DNA from: Klebsormidium nitens
Lineage: Eukaryota > Plantae > Klebsormidiophyceae
Direction of reading: 5' to 3'
Assembly (NCBI GenBank): GCA_000708835.1
Contig: DF237236.1
Coordinates: forward strand, 1 to 64,000
DNA: 64,000 nucleotides
Part shown: one piece after another, positions 1 through 12,887 of the stretch
Position numbering within the stretch: position 1 is the first letter of the stretch
Layout of the letters: each line of letters begins with the position of its first letter
The notes under the pieces: model-generated
Database searches by the model: none
Told to the model about the DNA's origin: nothing
The model's input: only the letters and a program-made list of their open reading frames with translations
Made by a program: the position numbers and the translations under genes

Positions 1-1234
1 CTTGTTGACCCGGGTGTAGTGCCAGCGGCAGGCTGCCTGCACTCAAAGTTCAAGCCCTGCGTTCAAACACTCGCTCAACTGCTCAAAGTCCGTGGGCGTG
101 CTAGCTGGTTGCCGAAAGTGAACGTAGATATCACGGCGCAATAGTTTGCGGGCCGGGTTTGCCTCATTGGGATGCTAGGGCCACAGTCGACTGCAAAAAT
201 GCACTGAGAAAATCAGCGTACGCATGCTACAAATCTGAATATTATTGCATCATTTCAAATCAAGTAAGAAAGCGACCAAGATCCGCCCATGAAGATCACT
301 TGGTGTAGGCACTGATCAAGCATTTTAGAGTACTGTTTCAGGCTTCTAGAGTGCCTTGAATTGATAGGAGGGGGCGTCTGCAGGCGGATGGGTAGGATTG
401 CCCCTGCTGCTCCTGATCATTAACATCGCTTTCTTTTTGATCAGCAACCATTGTGCAGCCAAAGCCTGCGTGATCAAGGCGTGAACAGCACCCACCACAA
501 TTGCTACTAGCCTGCACGCGCAGCAGCTAGTAGGATGTGCTTCGGCCAGAGTCCGGGAGGGGTTACTAGGGTGACAACTGGCGGGCGGCCGGCGCACGGT
601 GCACATGTCTGAGCGGCGGCAAGCGCGACGATGTAATTTGCTTGTTGGCTGGACATTAAGCAAAGACCATCTCGACGGCAGCACATTCTGCCGTTATGCA
701 GAGCTTAGCAAAAAGTGATTACCTTCTTTCAGAAAAGTTGCTATAGCGGCAGGCCGCCAGACGCGCTAGAATCCGTTGGAACCACACAACTCTCCATCGA
801 TCTCCTTCTACGTTCAACTTACACGAGCGGCTGCCAAACGACTCGCTCCTCACTTCTGAAATCTGGAACACTTACGAAGCTCATTACTCGTTCAATACAC
901 TGTACAATCCTAGCTGATCATGATGTTTACAAGACGCGATGGTCAAATCAAATTGGTGATCACGAGTATAAGTCATCAAGCGGAACTGAGTAAAGCGCGG
1001 ATTGGCATGGTGCCAACAAAAAAGGTTGCAAAATCCGGGACAGTGAGCGTGCAGCACCAGATTGGAAGCGAAGTTCATCACAAAGGCGCTTCAGCCCTTC
1101 TTGCCCCTGATTTATTCCGCCTGTAGAGCAATCTTGTCTTGACAAACATGACAAATGGACCAGATGACTTGTTCCGGGGCCAGCAGGGCCGCTGCGCGGC
1201 CGCGCCGCGACTTCCGACCCAGGGTTTTGATCAC

Positions 1235-1289
1235 CCAGGGTTTCTGCGCAGCTTCTGTAGTACACGTGTTAGCTGCGCAGAAACCCTGG
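1235..1289. repeat. Perfect 19-bp inverted repeat (hairpin) inside a GC-rich, partly palindromic tract
   Basis: ccagggtttctgcgcagct (1235-1253) is the exact reverse complement of agctgcgcagaaaccctgg (1271-1289), with a 17-nt loop. Imperfect pairing continues outward (gggttttga / ttaaaaccc). Confidence 0.85.
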
Positions 1290-2301
1290 TTTAAAACCCC
1301 GGGCCGGCGGCCGCGGCGCGCTCGTGAAATATGGTGCACGCAGTGAGACAGCAGGAGCTGCAGACGTGAGGTGGTCATCCGCGAGCAGGCAGGCAAGCTG
1401 GATGATAAGCTGTTTATATAATCTGCGGAAAGTGAAAAGCAACTGATGGAGAGTTCGAGGGCAGAATGACAAAGCCCTGCCAATTCAGGCACCACACTGG
1501 CTGAGTCTTTGACGTTGCCGTCAGCTTTGGATGTAAGTTCGGTGACAGCCTTTTCTTAGCGAGTCTGGTTCAGAGTTGACATACAAAGTCTTTCATTACT
1601 CTGCCTGCAAACTTCGAGGCATTTTTGGTTGCAGACCAAAGAATCTGGCTTCAAGTGATGCTGGTAGCCTCCAAGGCCGCAGGATGGAAGGACTCGTTGT
1701 AGTTCTGCACAGGTTCAGGCAAGGTGCACAATCCGTCATGACCTTGCCGATCCTAGTATTTAAACAGTCTAGATGGTCTCGGTTCTTATGCCTATAGATA
1801 ATGGTTGATAGCTTCTCGCACGTGCACGTTTCTAATGCTTCATCGCATTGGTCTGAGGAGATGAGAATGTACGTAAGCCTGGTTCAATAGCCCGTTCACG
1901 CCTTTGTCATGCAGATGAAGCGGCGCGCCGCTTCTCACATTTCCCTTGAAACTGTCGAATTCGCAGACGCTTGTGAAGGCCTAAAGGAGGCCTAAAGGGT
2001 GAGATTTTCTGCCTACATTTTGCAGAATACATGAGGGCAGATAGCCATACATATGTACGTTTCAAGCTGGTCCCTATCTGCAGAAAGCCAAGTGAGGGGA
2101 GGCGCTCATGCTGCAGTGGCCAGCACTTTTTTTTAAACAGCCTGCTGAGCGATGCACTGAACCGTGGAATACGGTCCTCGCTCAGAACACACGCTTCTCA
2201 GTCCCTCTTTTTCTAAGTGTCTCGACTCTTTCCCCTGCCATTATCTGGTAAGGTTTTAATCTGTTTGTACAGCTTTCGATCGATACTGACGCTCGCTTTA
2301 G

Positions 2302-4315
2302 TGGCATGCAGCCAGCGAGCAAACCATGCGTGGTCCGCTCCCATACTTCGGTGCCGGGGTTCCTGTGGAAAGCCATTGGGATTCCCCCACCTCACGGAGC
2401 CTCGAGAAGTGGATGGGAGATACGGGAGAGGGGACGGTGGTTCGGCTGGAGGGTTTGGCGGGGTGGGGTAAGACGACCGTGATGCAAATAGCAGCGCGGG
2501 AAGCAAAGACGTTGCTCGTGAGAGTCCCAGGAGATGAGAACGGCTTCGTCAACGAGCTGATACTCAAGTGCTCACGAAAGGTGTTTGACCTGGGGAACGG
2601 GGGCGAGAACGTGACGGTTGGGGACGTTATGGAGCATCTGAAGCCGCTCGTCGCAACGAGCTTCTGGACCCTGCTGTACACAGCCGCGGCGAGCGTCTCT
2701 GCAGCCAGGGAGAGTCAAGTAAGCGGACTGGCGTTTGCAAGTGCTGAGGTGACGGGCCTGAAGGCCCCTGGATAGCGTGTTTTGTCTATTTGCACTGGTT
2801 TTAGACGTAGTCGCGAAATTATGGTTGCTATGTGCATTGATGAGAAGAATGAGAAGGTTAAATAGGAATCAGTAGAAGAAAAATGAGTGTAACAACTGCA
2901 TCTCCCTCGTTCCTGCTATCGGTTGCTCCCAAGAAGTTCATAACAGTCAGCTTTGATTACAGTTGGTTTTGGCATCAGAGGACGTCCCATTGCGTCTCTC
3001 TGAAGCATCCTGGTGGGGTCCTGGGCTCGCACACTGCTCAGGGCCGCTCTTTAAACTTCGGTAACTCTTCGGTGACTCAACAGCTGCACAGAAGGTTTTC
3101 GCTGCTAACCAGGCTGAACCAGAATTGAGTCTCAGGTTATTGGACAATAAACCGGGCTTTGACCTTGTTCCGAGGCTGGTTACCGCCTTGGTCTGGTTCT
3201 CTGACACTTCACCAATTTTAACCAGCCCATAGTCAGCCGCAACCATTATGGTTAAGGGCCAGAGTTCCCTGTGCTGGGTGACTTCAAATAGTAGGCGCCC
3301 GAGGGCGTCGAGGGTTAGCCTGGTGCGGGGCATAATTTTTTCGGTGAGAAGTTTCAGTTGGTTTGCTCGGGTCCATGAGTTTCACTCACCCACGACTTAA
3401 CTTGACCAAAAGTTACCAACATGTCTTTGTTCGCGGCCGCAGGCGCAGCCGGAGATCCTGCTTCTGAGCTCCAGAGAGGTCTTCGCCACACACCCCGTCT
3501 CCGAGGCCTTCCGTTTGCCGCTCTCTTCGAATGACCGACTCGTCCTCATGTTTGACAACATGGAATGCCTAGAGACTAGAAAGCATAGCAGCCCTCTAGA
3601 GCCAAAAGCTACGGCGGTGCTAGAAGACTGGGGCGTCTACACTTTTGTCTCGCTCGCGCTTGAAGTCGCGCGCGCGTACGCGCTCAACCCGCGCCTGCGC
3701 GTCGCCTTCTCCCTGAACCAAATGGACGGGGCTGAGCACCTCCCGCTTATGGACGACGCCCCGTCTCTTTTCCCCCGGGGGGTCTCGCTCAGGCTCTTCC
3801 CGGTCCCCTTCCCCAGCCTTCCAAGTTCGCACCAAGTCTTGCGTGTGCTCCAACGCTACTTGGGGGGGGACCGCAAGAGCCCCGGCGTCTGTCTAGACAG
3901 CCTGGCGAAGCAGCTCGTAGGCCCCCCCCGAATTTTAAAACAACTCCTGGTGCTGGTCAGGCCGAGCGCGGATGAGCCGGTGACGGCAGCAGAGGTGGAG
4001 ACGGCGCTTCTTGAACTGGAGGACACGCATCATAGAGAAGTTATTGACACTCTCAGCCTCTGTAGCCCCTGGCAAACGCCCCTGCTTGAAGCAGTGTGTA
4101 ACGTGTGGAAGGCCCTCAAGGCCACCCGCAAGCTAGAGCCAAACGCCGCAAGCTGCTTTACTTTGCCGGAACCGCCCCCCCCTGGCTGGAACATGGTTGA
4201 GCGCTCGGGCATTCTCACGTGTCGGGAGGGCAAAGAGGGCGGCCTGGTTGTCCCAGTGTACCACTTCTTGGCGACACTCCTCCAGAGTTTGGAAGATGTT
4301 CCATACGGAAGTTAG
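2302..4315 (+). CDS. Uncharacterised P-loop NTPase (AAA+/STAND-like); 5' end unresolved
   Basis: Walker A GLAGWGKTT lies in an exon of about 2302/2312-2718 (donor gtaagc at 2719). It joins in phase 0 to exon 3443-4315 (acceptor cgcag at 3442), which carries Walker B-like LVLMFDNME and a GPPR motif. An in-frame TAG at 2299-2301 means further 5' exons or the ATG at 2326 must supply the start. Confidence 0.6.
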
Positions 4316-5154
4316 TCGCTGCCTTGCTGGAGTCTGTGGTCTTCTGCAGGGGGGCCGGGGGGGAGGACCTGGAGGCAAGGAAGTCGGAAGTCGGCCCGAA
4401 TTAAGGCAGGCCGCGTACTCATGGCGTATATGAGGATCGGGCCTGACGAGACTATAACATGAACTTACAATCTCGGTCCCTAGGACGGCAGGGTTGGAGT
4501 CAGCTTAGAACATTGCTGGTATTGAATCCATCCGTAGCAGAAACGTGCGAGAAGATTCACGCTCGATCCTTTTATCGAAAGCAGAACACGGGCGGCGATG
4601 CTACAGTAAGAGACATATGATGAAGCCGTGTATATATAGTCTTCGATCAAGATGAATCATGTGGAATACCGATCCTATATTGCACCATGCACATGTTTGC
4701 ATGCATGCAAATTCGAACCTATACATTGAAAGATACAAGATCATGCGCAAACATAAATTCGGTCATGGGTTCAACATTGCAAGAGGTGCATGCGCTATGT
4801 GAGAAGGGTTGACTACCACGTCATATGTAGCCACATGCATATCATAGATTACATGATTCCGTTGTATGTATTAGCCGCTGAACGGTATATGCCAATGTAG
4901 ATTTTGCATGACAGGAGCGTCTATTGAGTCGGCATAACGGATGGGCCTAAAGGAGGACACAAATCATACACGTGCAAGAGACCCGTTTCGAGTACGTGCG
5001 CTTCCACAAGGCCGGTGCCCAAAGTGAGATTTGACTTCAGATCACGTCGTCGTAGCATAATCCTTCAGTGTTGAATTCTTCGACTGTATTTTCGTTTCCA
5101 TCATGATCTTGTAAGCTCCGGGAACTCAAAGTTATGCGGCTGCATGACTTCACC

Positions 5155-8100
5155 CTAAAACGTTCCTCTCTGCTGCTCCATAAGGAAGCGCTGCTGAGCT
5201 TTCTTCTGCATCTGAACTTTGTAAGAGTCGCCGGGGAGGATCTCAAACCGGGGGTCCACCTTCGGGACTTCCACCCCTAGACCCGCTCGCTCCGTCGTCC
5301 GTTCGGCCTTAATCGGTTCGACCATCCCTCCGCCGCCCCTTCCAAGGCCCTGCCAACACAAAAGGGACGGTGTAAGCACACGATGGAGAGCTCTAACTTA
5401 CGCCGGAATGCAATGGAATAAGCAAGTAAAAAGTCGTCAACCTGGAAAGTCTTTGTTGTACTTTGGTGATGATTGAAGAGGCGAATCTAAGAGATACAGA
5501 CCTGCTCCGGCACCATCATACGTCACCTCTTTGAGCTAGCAGATCCTAAGTCAACTCTCTGTCAATCGGCACAGATCCAGCATTAGATGACTATGATCGG
5601 AGACTGTTCAACACTTCGTATTAAGAGCAAGACGTTGGAACCTTCCATGAGAAGAAGGCACTGAACCAACATCTGCCCAAACGCCTGACCATGATACAGA
5701 AAGTGCAGAATCGTCATACAACACTTGGCAAAACGGCGTCAAAGAAGCAGTATTGTCAAACCCGTTCCCGAGAACTTTTCCGAACAGAGGCTCAAACGTA
5801 GCATAGACAGAAACGACACTCGGCAGCCTCACCTGCCCTTCCTGCCACCCCATGTTGCGCAGCATCCTGTTCCCCACGTTAGTATCCCCCAGGGCTCTAG
5901 TTTGATCCACCCTCTCAAACGCGACGGGGGGGTCGTCCTCTGGGACCGCTCCCTGCCGACCATACCCCCCGTTCTCTACACCCCCGTCATTCCTGTTCAT
6001 AGGCAGGGGCCCTCCATATAGCCCCCGGCGCTCGGCCGCACTGTCCCGGTACCCATCTGCCCCCCCCATTCTATCCATACCCCCATTTCCAAAGCCCGCT
6101 GCGACGTCCGTACCCAGACCCCCCGGGCCCCCGAGAACGAAACCCCCCCTGCCCAGCGACTCCGAGCCGCCGAACTGCTGCTGGGGGTTTTGCGGAAACT
6201 GCTGACCCTGGGGGTTCTGCGAATTCTGAGCCGGGGGGAAGTTCTGAGGGCGCCAACCGGGCTGCCCATAAGAGGATGGCTGGTTATTATAACCCATCTG
6301 CCCGCCCGACGGCATGTTTTGTTGTGCCAAAGGAGGAAACTGGTTGCTCGGGGCGTACTGTGGGCCCCCGAAAGAGGCTGCTTGGTTGAAGTTCTGGGGG
6401 GTTGAGGTGGCGCCATAAGCAGACAAACCCTGGCCATATGCGGACGGACCTTGATTATAAGCGGACGGGCCCTGGTTGTAATTGGACGATGGCTGCTGGC
6501 TTTGCTGGGGGTTATAGGCTTGCTGTGGCTGGGAAAAAGTCGGGGCCTGCTGCGAGTACGATTGCAATGATGACGTGGCAGGCTGCGCCGAAGCGGCCGT
6601 AGACTGCTGAGCCGGTACCTGCAGGAGATGGGATTGATACGGAGCAAGACATTTCGACCTGTCGTGATTTGTTGTCCGCTCCATAAGTCAACGTTCCCTT
6701 GCAAACTGTCCAAGTGAAAGCAGAATTCGGTACCGCTCGAAAAATTGTCGTTCTCTTGCAAAACGTCGTAGTGAGACCAGACTTCGGTCTGTACAGGTAA
6801 GTCTACAACTTTTCAGACAAGATGTTCTTAGATCACTATGATCCTTCCACTCGCTGCAGATCAATGAATGCAGATGCTTGAGGACTCATCCGGAGTTACG
6901 GAATGAACCCTGTGACTGCTCATCCAGCCTCAGCAGCTAAGCCTCCGAAATATAAATCAATAACGTTACCTGCTGCTGCTGCTGCTGCTGAGTCCATCCG
7001 GTTGTGGCTGCTGGAGCGGCTGTCTGCGGGGCGGCGCTTGCGGCAGCGTCTGGCTGGACCTCATTATACTTCTGGGTGGCGGTGTCAAAAGTGTACCAGA
7101 CCTTGGTGTGCCCGTTGTAGTACAACCCTGCGGGCAAAGTGAAAGGTACGGCATCAGGCTTGTGCTTATGTCGATGGTAGAATTGCCGGCAGATGAACGA
7201 GGTTGTAAGACGTTTCTTGCGTACATCCACCATCCAGATGCCAATCAGGGAGCTCTTTTTAGAAAAAGTCCAAACTTCGAGGACTCTCAAGAGTCTGGTT
7301 TCAATTTCGTCTCGATTCAAATCATCGTCCAGATACTCATATACGGCAGAGGACTATGGAACCGACGAGTGAACAGAAAAGGTAAGCCGTCCCGCTTGTC
7401 AGATACTAGCTGCGTAGCAGCTCGGCAACCATCCCTATTCAGTATTGCACCAAGGACAATCGGTTCGGACCCTCTCTCCAATGATAGCTTCTCAGACACC
7501 GCAGCTGAAAGCTCCTGCAATAGCTGTGACCCACCTCTGTGTCCGTCGTAGTAATACCCACTCGCAGCATTGTAGTAGTACCCGGACGCGTCATCCCAAA
7601 CGAACCCCGCAGACGGTTCCGCCGCAGAAGCCGCTTTCTCTAGCTGCCCCTGGTTCGCCGCAGCCGCAGGCTTTGCACCGCCCTGCATCTGCGCAGCGAG
7701 GCTCTCCATCCCCCCTTTTCCTGGGGCCGCCGCATGCTGGGTAGTAACTTGGGTTTGCGGCTGGATTTGCGCCGGGATTTGCGCCTGGGTTTGCGCTTCA
7801 GATCGATTCTCGGTTTGCGCCTGGGTCTGCGGCTCGGTTTGCGGCTGGGTTAGCACGACCGCGGGTGCCGACACCACGGCCGCGGCTTGCTCCTCCTTCG
7901 CCTGGCGCTCCTCGTCGCTCATGCCAAACTCCTTGGGCTCCCACGTGGAGACCACTTGCGGCTCCGGCCTTTTCCCACTGAACTCCTTGGGCTGCCAGGT
8001 GGCACCAGCGAGGGCGTTCACACCAGGGAGGGCGGTGGTGATAGGGAAGGACGGAACCTGGCGCTGCGGCTGGGGTCGAGCGAAAGCGACCCGGAGGATG

Positions 8101-11100
8101 GTTGCGCTGGTCTTGTCAAGGCGGGTATTGTTGGTGGCGACGAGAGCGGCCTTCGCTTCTTCGACCTAGGGTTGAAACGGAATGATCAGATCGCAACCAA
8201 TTATTGACCCGTTGAATCGCTAACCGTTAGTTCGCAAACGGTTAGACCGCGAGCGTACGGGTCCTGATTCGTGTTGCGGAAAGGGATGAGGGTGCTCAGA
8301 CAAGTGTCGCTGCCGATGCCTAAATGCCAAGAGCGTATTTTCAGTCGCTGCAAAAGGCGCCGAGCAACTACCAGGACAAGCAATCGCTATCTGACGAGAT
8401 GCTTGTAATATTCAGGAGTGTGAACTTCCGTTCAGGTTCCAGACATATCACGGTCCTTACTTAGCAGTAGTGTTAGAGCATAACAAAGCTCAAGCTCAAA
8501 CAAGAACTTACAGGGAATGAAGGCGAACGTCTCCTGCGCTCACTTTGGACTTGATTTGAGAAAGCGGGGTGACTAAGTTCCCCGTCGAAGATGCGCCAAA
8601 TCCGGCATTCCACGCACCGTCACAACGTGGAAAGACCAAAATCGAAGCAGCTCCAGAAGAACGGATGCGATCAGTCAGATCGACGTCCTGAAAACATCTG
8701 CTCACGGTGTTAAAGTGCACGAACGCAAAGCCCCTGGAAACCAGCGTGTTCCGGTCACGGATGACTTTCAGCTCCTTGATCGGCCCGAACTTGGCGAACG
8801 TGTAGTGCAGCGCAGCTTCATCGACGTCCGGCTCGAGCCCCCGCACAATCAGATTGTCCGTCTTCTCCTCTGCAACAAAGAGGCCACTCTGCTAGTGAGT
8901 AGAGGTTTAGCGACATCACGCAAAGCTTGTGGGCCTTCGAGGAACAAGCAGGATACCGAGGAGAACTTGCAGCAAAGTCACAAGCAGGATGTTCGTGAGA
9001 CGCTTCCTAAGTGATTGAAATCTTGCTCAAAAAAGTACACCAGAAGGCGCCTGAAGAAGACAGGGGGGATTTAGACTTCGCACACGGAAGAGATAGGCCC
9101 TGTTGCTTGGCGTTTTTAAAGATTCTTTCTGAGCAAAATAGCCGGAGCGCTCACCGTCGAGCTGCTTCTGGAACGACGCTTCAGCGGCTCCCGGCTCAGC
9201 AATCTTGGCGTCTGCTGTTCGAACGGCCAAACACTGTACATCGAAGGCAACAGCACAATATCAGAACTCAGCGTGGCTTTTGCTCAGGCTTGACTGCTGA
9301 ACACGTCGAAAGGTTGTAAGGTAGAAAGTCACTTCGAGATTCTCCAGAGGGGGTGCTCTGCCCTAAGGACTGACAGAAGCAATGAAGAGCAGGCTCGAAC
9401 TAGGTTTAATATGATATTATTAACCCAGCTGCTAAAACAATGAACGGCACATTTGCACAGTATTCGCAAGCGCGAGACTGAGCAACCGTTGTTTGCATAC
9501 CTTGAAGCACGTGCTGCGGCGTGCGAAGTTGACCGAGCTACAGCCAGAGCAAACCCAGTCCTGCTGCTCCTCCTCCGTCTTCTCACTCGGGCGCCTGTTC
9601 AAAGGAGAAAGCCTCGTTGAAAACCAACAAATATAATTCCGCATTCTTTGGTTGGTCAAGGTGTGCGGAACGTCAGAGATCGTGACCTGAAGGACGAATA
9701 CCAGGATATTGTGTGGAGGACGGGCTGAGGCGGAGCGGCCTGTCCGGGAAACTCACGTATACTCAAAATGTAGTTTGCGGCCATCAAGGAGAAGCTTTTG
9801 GGTCTTGGTGTCCTCCATGAGCTTCTTCGCGGCTTTCTGCAGGACGAGAAAGGAAGAGAGGGCGTCATAAACAGGGGTCAACAGCTGCGAGGGCTGAGGA
9901 CGACGGACCGAAAAGTTACAAAAGTGAGTCCGGCTTCAGCGCCGCCCGTTATCAACTCTCGATGACTCCATCCATCATCTCGGCAAGCTTTGTCTTCCGC
10001 TTATAGATCTTGGCCCTCATCAAAGCGAAGCTGATGGCTTATCCTTGTTTCTAGATTGGCACATCTGAACGCTTCGAAAGCGCATTGTCTGAAAGTAAGA
10101 ACAAGAACTTCAGAAAAGCAGGGAAATCATCCGCCTCCAATCTCAGACTTGACGTGTTTGAGCGTCCACTATTTTTCGATCAAGCAGGACACTTGTTTAC
10201 AAGGACGTATAAGCCTTGCTCCTAGAGGAAGCCTCTAAATTCACCCTAAGGACGATGTAGGAACGTAAGGTGAGATGGACTGTGGAGCTCACCACAGATG
10301 GAAAGTCCACGAAGGCGAAGCCCCTGGACATCTTCGTGAACTTATCCTTGATGATGCGGACAGATGAGACGGGAAGGGGGCCCCAGTCCGCCTGCAATGA
10401 GAAAACGTTGTGAGTACCCAACCCCAGTCTGTGAATTGTGCAGGCTAACATGGCGTTGCACTCTGCCAAATGTGTATCTTCCGGCAATTGCTATTTTAGG
10501 GCGTAAGTGTCAAGCCTGGCCTCTGACCACACAAAAGCAGGCTCTTGAAGAAACATATTTCAGTACCAGTCCTGCGTCCACAAAGCCAGAGGGCACATGG
10601 TACCCATAGGCTGAAAACAGAGTGCCTTACCAGGCAGCGAGCAACATCCTCCTCTGTTGCCCTGGTGGAGATGCTCTTGACCACAATGGTCTGGGTCGGC
10701 ACCTGAGACAGTTGAGGAGCTCAGGCTATGCTCGCAGAAACTAATCACGAACCTGATCCTCTTCAGGTAGCTTGTCAGTCAAGAAAAGCAACGGAAGCAA
10801 GGCAGATGCTCTCCCAGAGTCTCCATTTTGAAGTCGGAAGAGATCAGGCGCACTTTGCATTGCCGAATGACGATCAACTGGCAGACCACTTCACTTATCC
10901 ACAGGACGTCCAAGGCCTTGGACCAAACAGAGCAACTCACGATCTTCTCCTGCGCCTCCCTTTCTAGCCTTTCCCGCTCCAGCCGCTTCGCCTCCTCCTC
11001 CTGGTGGCGCTTCTCCTCAGCGGCCCTTCGCTCCTCTTCAAGCTGTTTCCTTCTCGCCTCCCTCTCGACTCTCTCCCGTTCCCTTTCCTTTTCTGCTTCA

Positions 11101-12122
11101 ACATCTTCAGAATCTGATGAGTCAAGGTCCTGATCCCGTTCGCGCACCCTCTTCTTTGGCCGGTCCCTTGAGACCCTCCTCTCATGAGGCAGAGGCGACC
11201 GCTCTTCTGGGGGCCGCTCGCTAAAACCCCGCTTCCGAGGTGGACCATCGTCTTTTGGCTTGTCCTTGCTGTCGAACAGGATCTTGCCAATCGTGATGCC
11301 TCCCTGCTGCTGGACTTGGGGGCTGCTAAGGGGAATTGATGCTGCGTGCGCGCCTACGGCAGGATAGTTGACTGCAGCCCCCGGAGGCAAGACCACTGAT
11401 TGCAGGCTGTTGGAAAGAGATAGACTGGGTCAACACTTAGCTGAGCTGGGCAGAAGAAGGAAAAGGACTATCAGGACTGAGAAGAGCTAGCTCAACAGCG
11501 TTTCTATTAAAGACAGAAAGACGGTGTACAAAGCTTGCCATTATCAAGTGCATAGTGGTCCACTCATCAAACCATACTTTAGCGACCAGACGCATTTCAA
11601 TATGCTGCAGCTCCACAAATCGTCAGAATGGTACAGATTATGATCTCCCAGATTCCAACTTTGAGACACAAAGACTCTGGTGCTCGGTCAAAGGATTAAG
11701 AGATTTCCAAACAGTACGCAAAACACAGGGAAGGACAGAAATGGTGCTCACGGAGGGCGCACAGCTGCTGACGGCAGAGGCAAATGGGGATCCTGCAAAA
11801 AGGAAACAGCTTTTTGAGCCCTCTGCCCCAGTGGTTCTCAGTACATATGCTGCATCTGAGGCCGAGCGTAGAGGCTTTCCGGCTCTCCTTTCCGGCCCTG
11901 TCAACATGATGCAAGCGATCTTCAAAGCGGAACTTGCAACGTAAGATGAGGGTGTGAAGACGATAATGACCATTTGTGGCGAAAAGCTCCCTTCTTGGAA
12001 GATGGCGATCTCGACGATAGCTCGAAAGTTGTCCTGGCGAAAAGAGAGAGGAAAGTTGCAGATTAGCAAGGAGATTCTTTCGCACAAAGATGCGCAAACA
12101 ATAATGTGAACTTTACTTGCAT
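5155..12122 (-). CDS. SUA: RBM5/RBM10/SUA-like RNA-binding splicing factor (RRM - RanBP2 zinc finger - RRM - OCRE - Q/G-rich region - G-patch), about 956 aa
   Basis: Phase-consistent exons: 12122-12117 (tentative start), 11792-11752, 11406-10941, 10702-10631, 10391-10293, 9836-9757, 9594-9501, 9233-9155, 8869-8706, 8165-7535, 7127-6970, 6618-5833, 5349-5155. Motifs: RNP1 RGFAFVDF and RGFAFVHF, zinc finger DWVCSGCSSVNFARRSTCFKC, OCRE GFVWDDASGYYYNAASGYYYD, G-patch NVGNRMLRNMGWQEGQGLG. Confidence 0.9.
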
Positions 12123-12887
12123 AAACCTGAGATGCTGGATAACTACGCCTGTTTTTCGATCTTATATTGCACACTGATATCCTGGGCAAATAGAACCAGG
12201 TCACACAATCCCTGCTGCGCCAAAAAAAAAAACTGCACAAAGAAGCTCCACGTCCGCGCAGAGCCCTGACTTGCAAAAGAAGCAACTAACGGTGGCTTAA
12301 GAGAAAAACGAGCCTCACAGACAATCATTGAAAGGTTGGTCAGATAAACTACTCGCTTATGATAAAGCAGACGGCACCACCTGCTCAAGCGTAAACATAC
12401 CTGACGGACAACCCCGGTCTCTCCACAGTTTGCACCACGTCAGCACTCGCCCAAAACACACTGAGCTTCTTGGGAAAAGTGCGGCCTCGATGCCAGAGCT
12501 TTCTGGAGGAACCAATTCCCAATGAACGTCCTGGAAGCGCTCCTCTTTGCTTTCACTGTCAGTGTCACGCTGTTTTGTGTGAACTGGGGAGCGGAGCTGG
12601 CTGCTGGTGAACATTGTGCTGGTTCACGCTAACTCATCTCGTTTACTGCAAACCACTTTGATCATCGTACCTATTATAGACTGTCATTTTACTGCAAGTC
12701 AATTCGGGTTATCGCAGGTTATCGCCGAACTACAGCGAGCTGCTTCTGCAAGAACAGTTGGCTAGTAGAACTCTGGAGGTGGTTCTCTTTGTAACTGTTG
12801 CTGGTGTACCAACGCATGGGCATCACAGCATTGCATCTCTGATAGATCTGTGATCAAGACAAGCTTCAAGCAGTGATTCCAGCTGCC

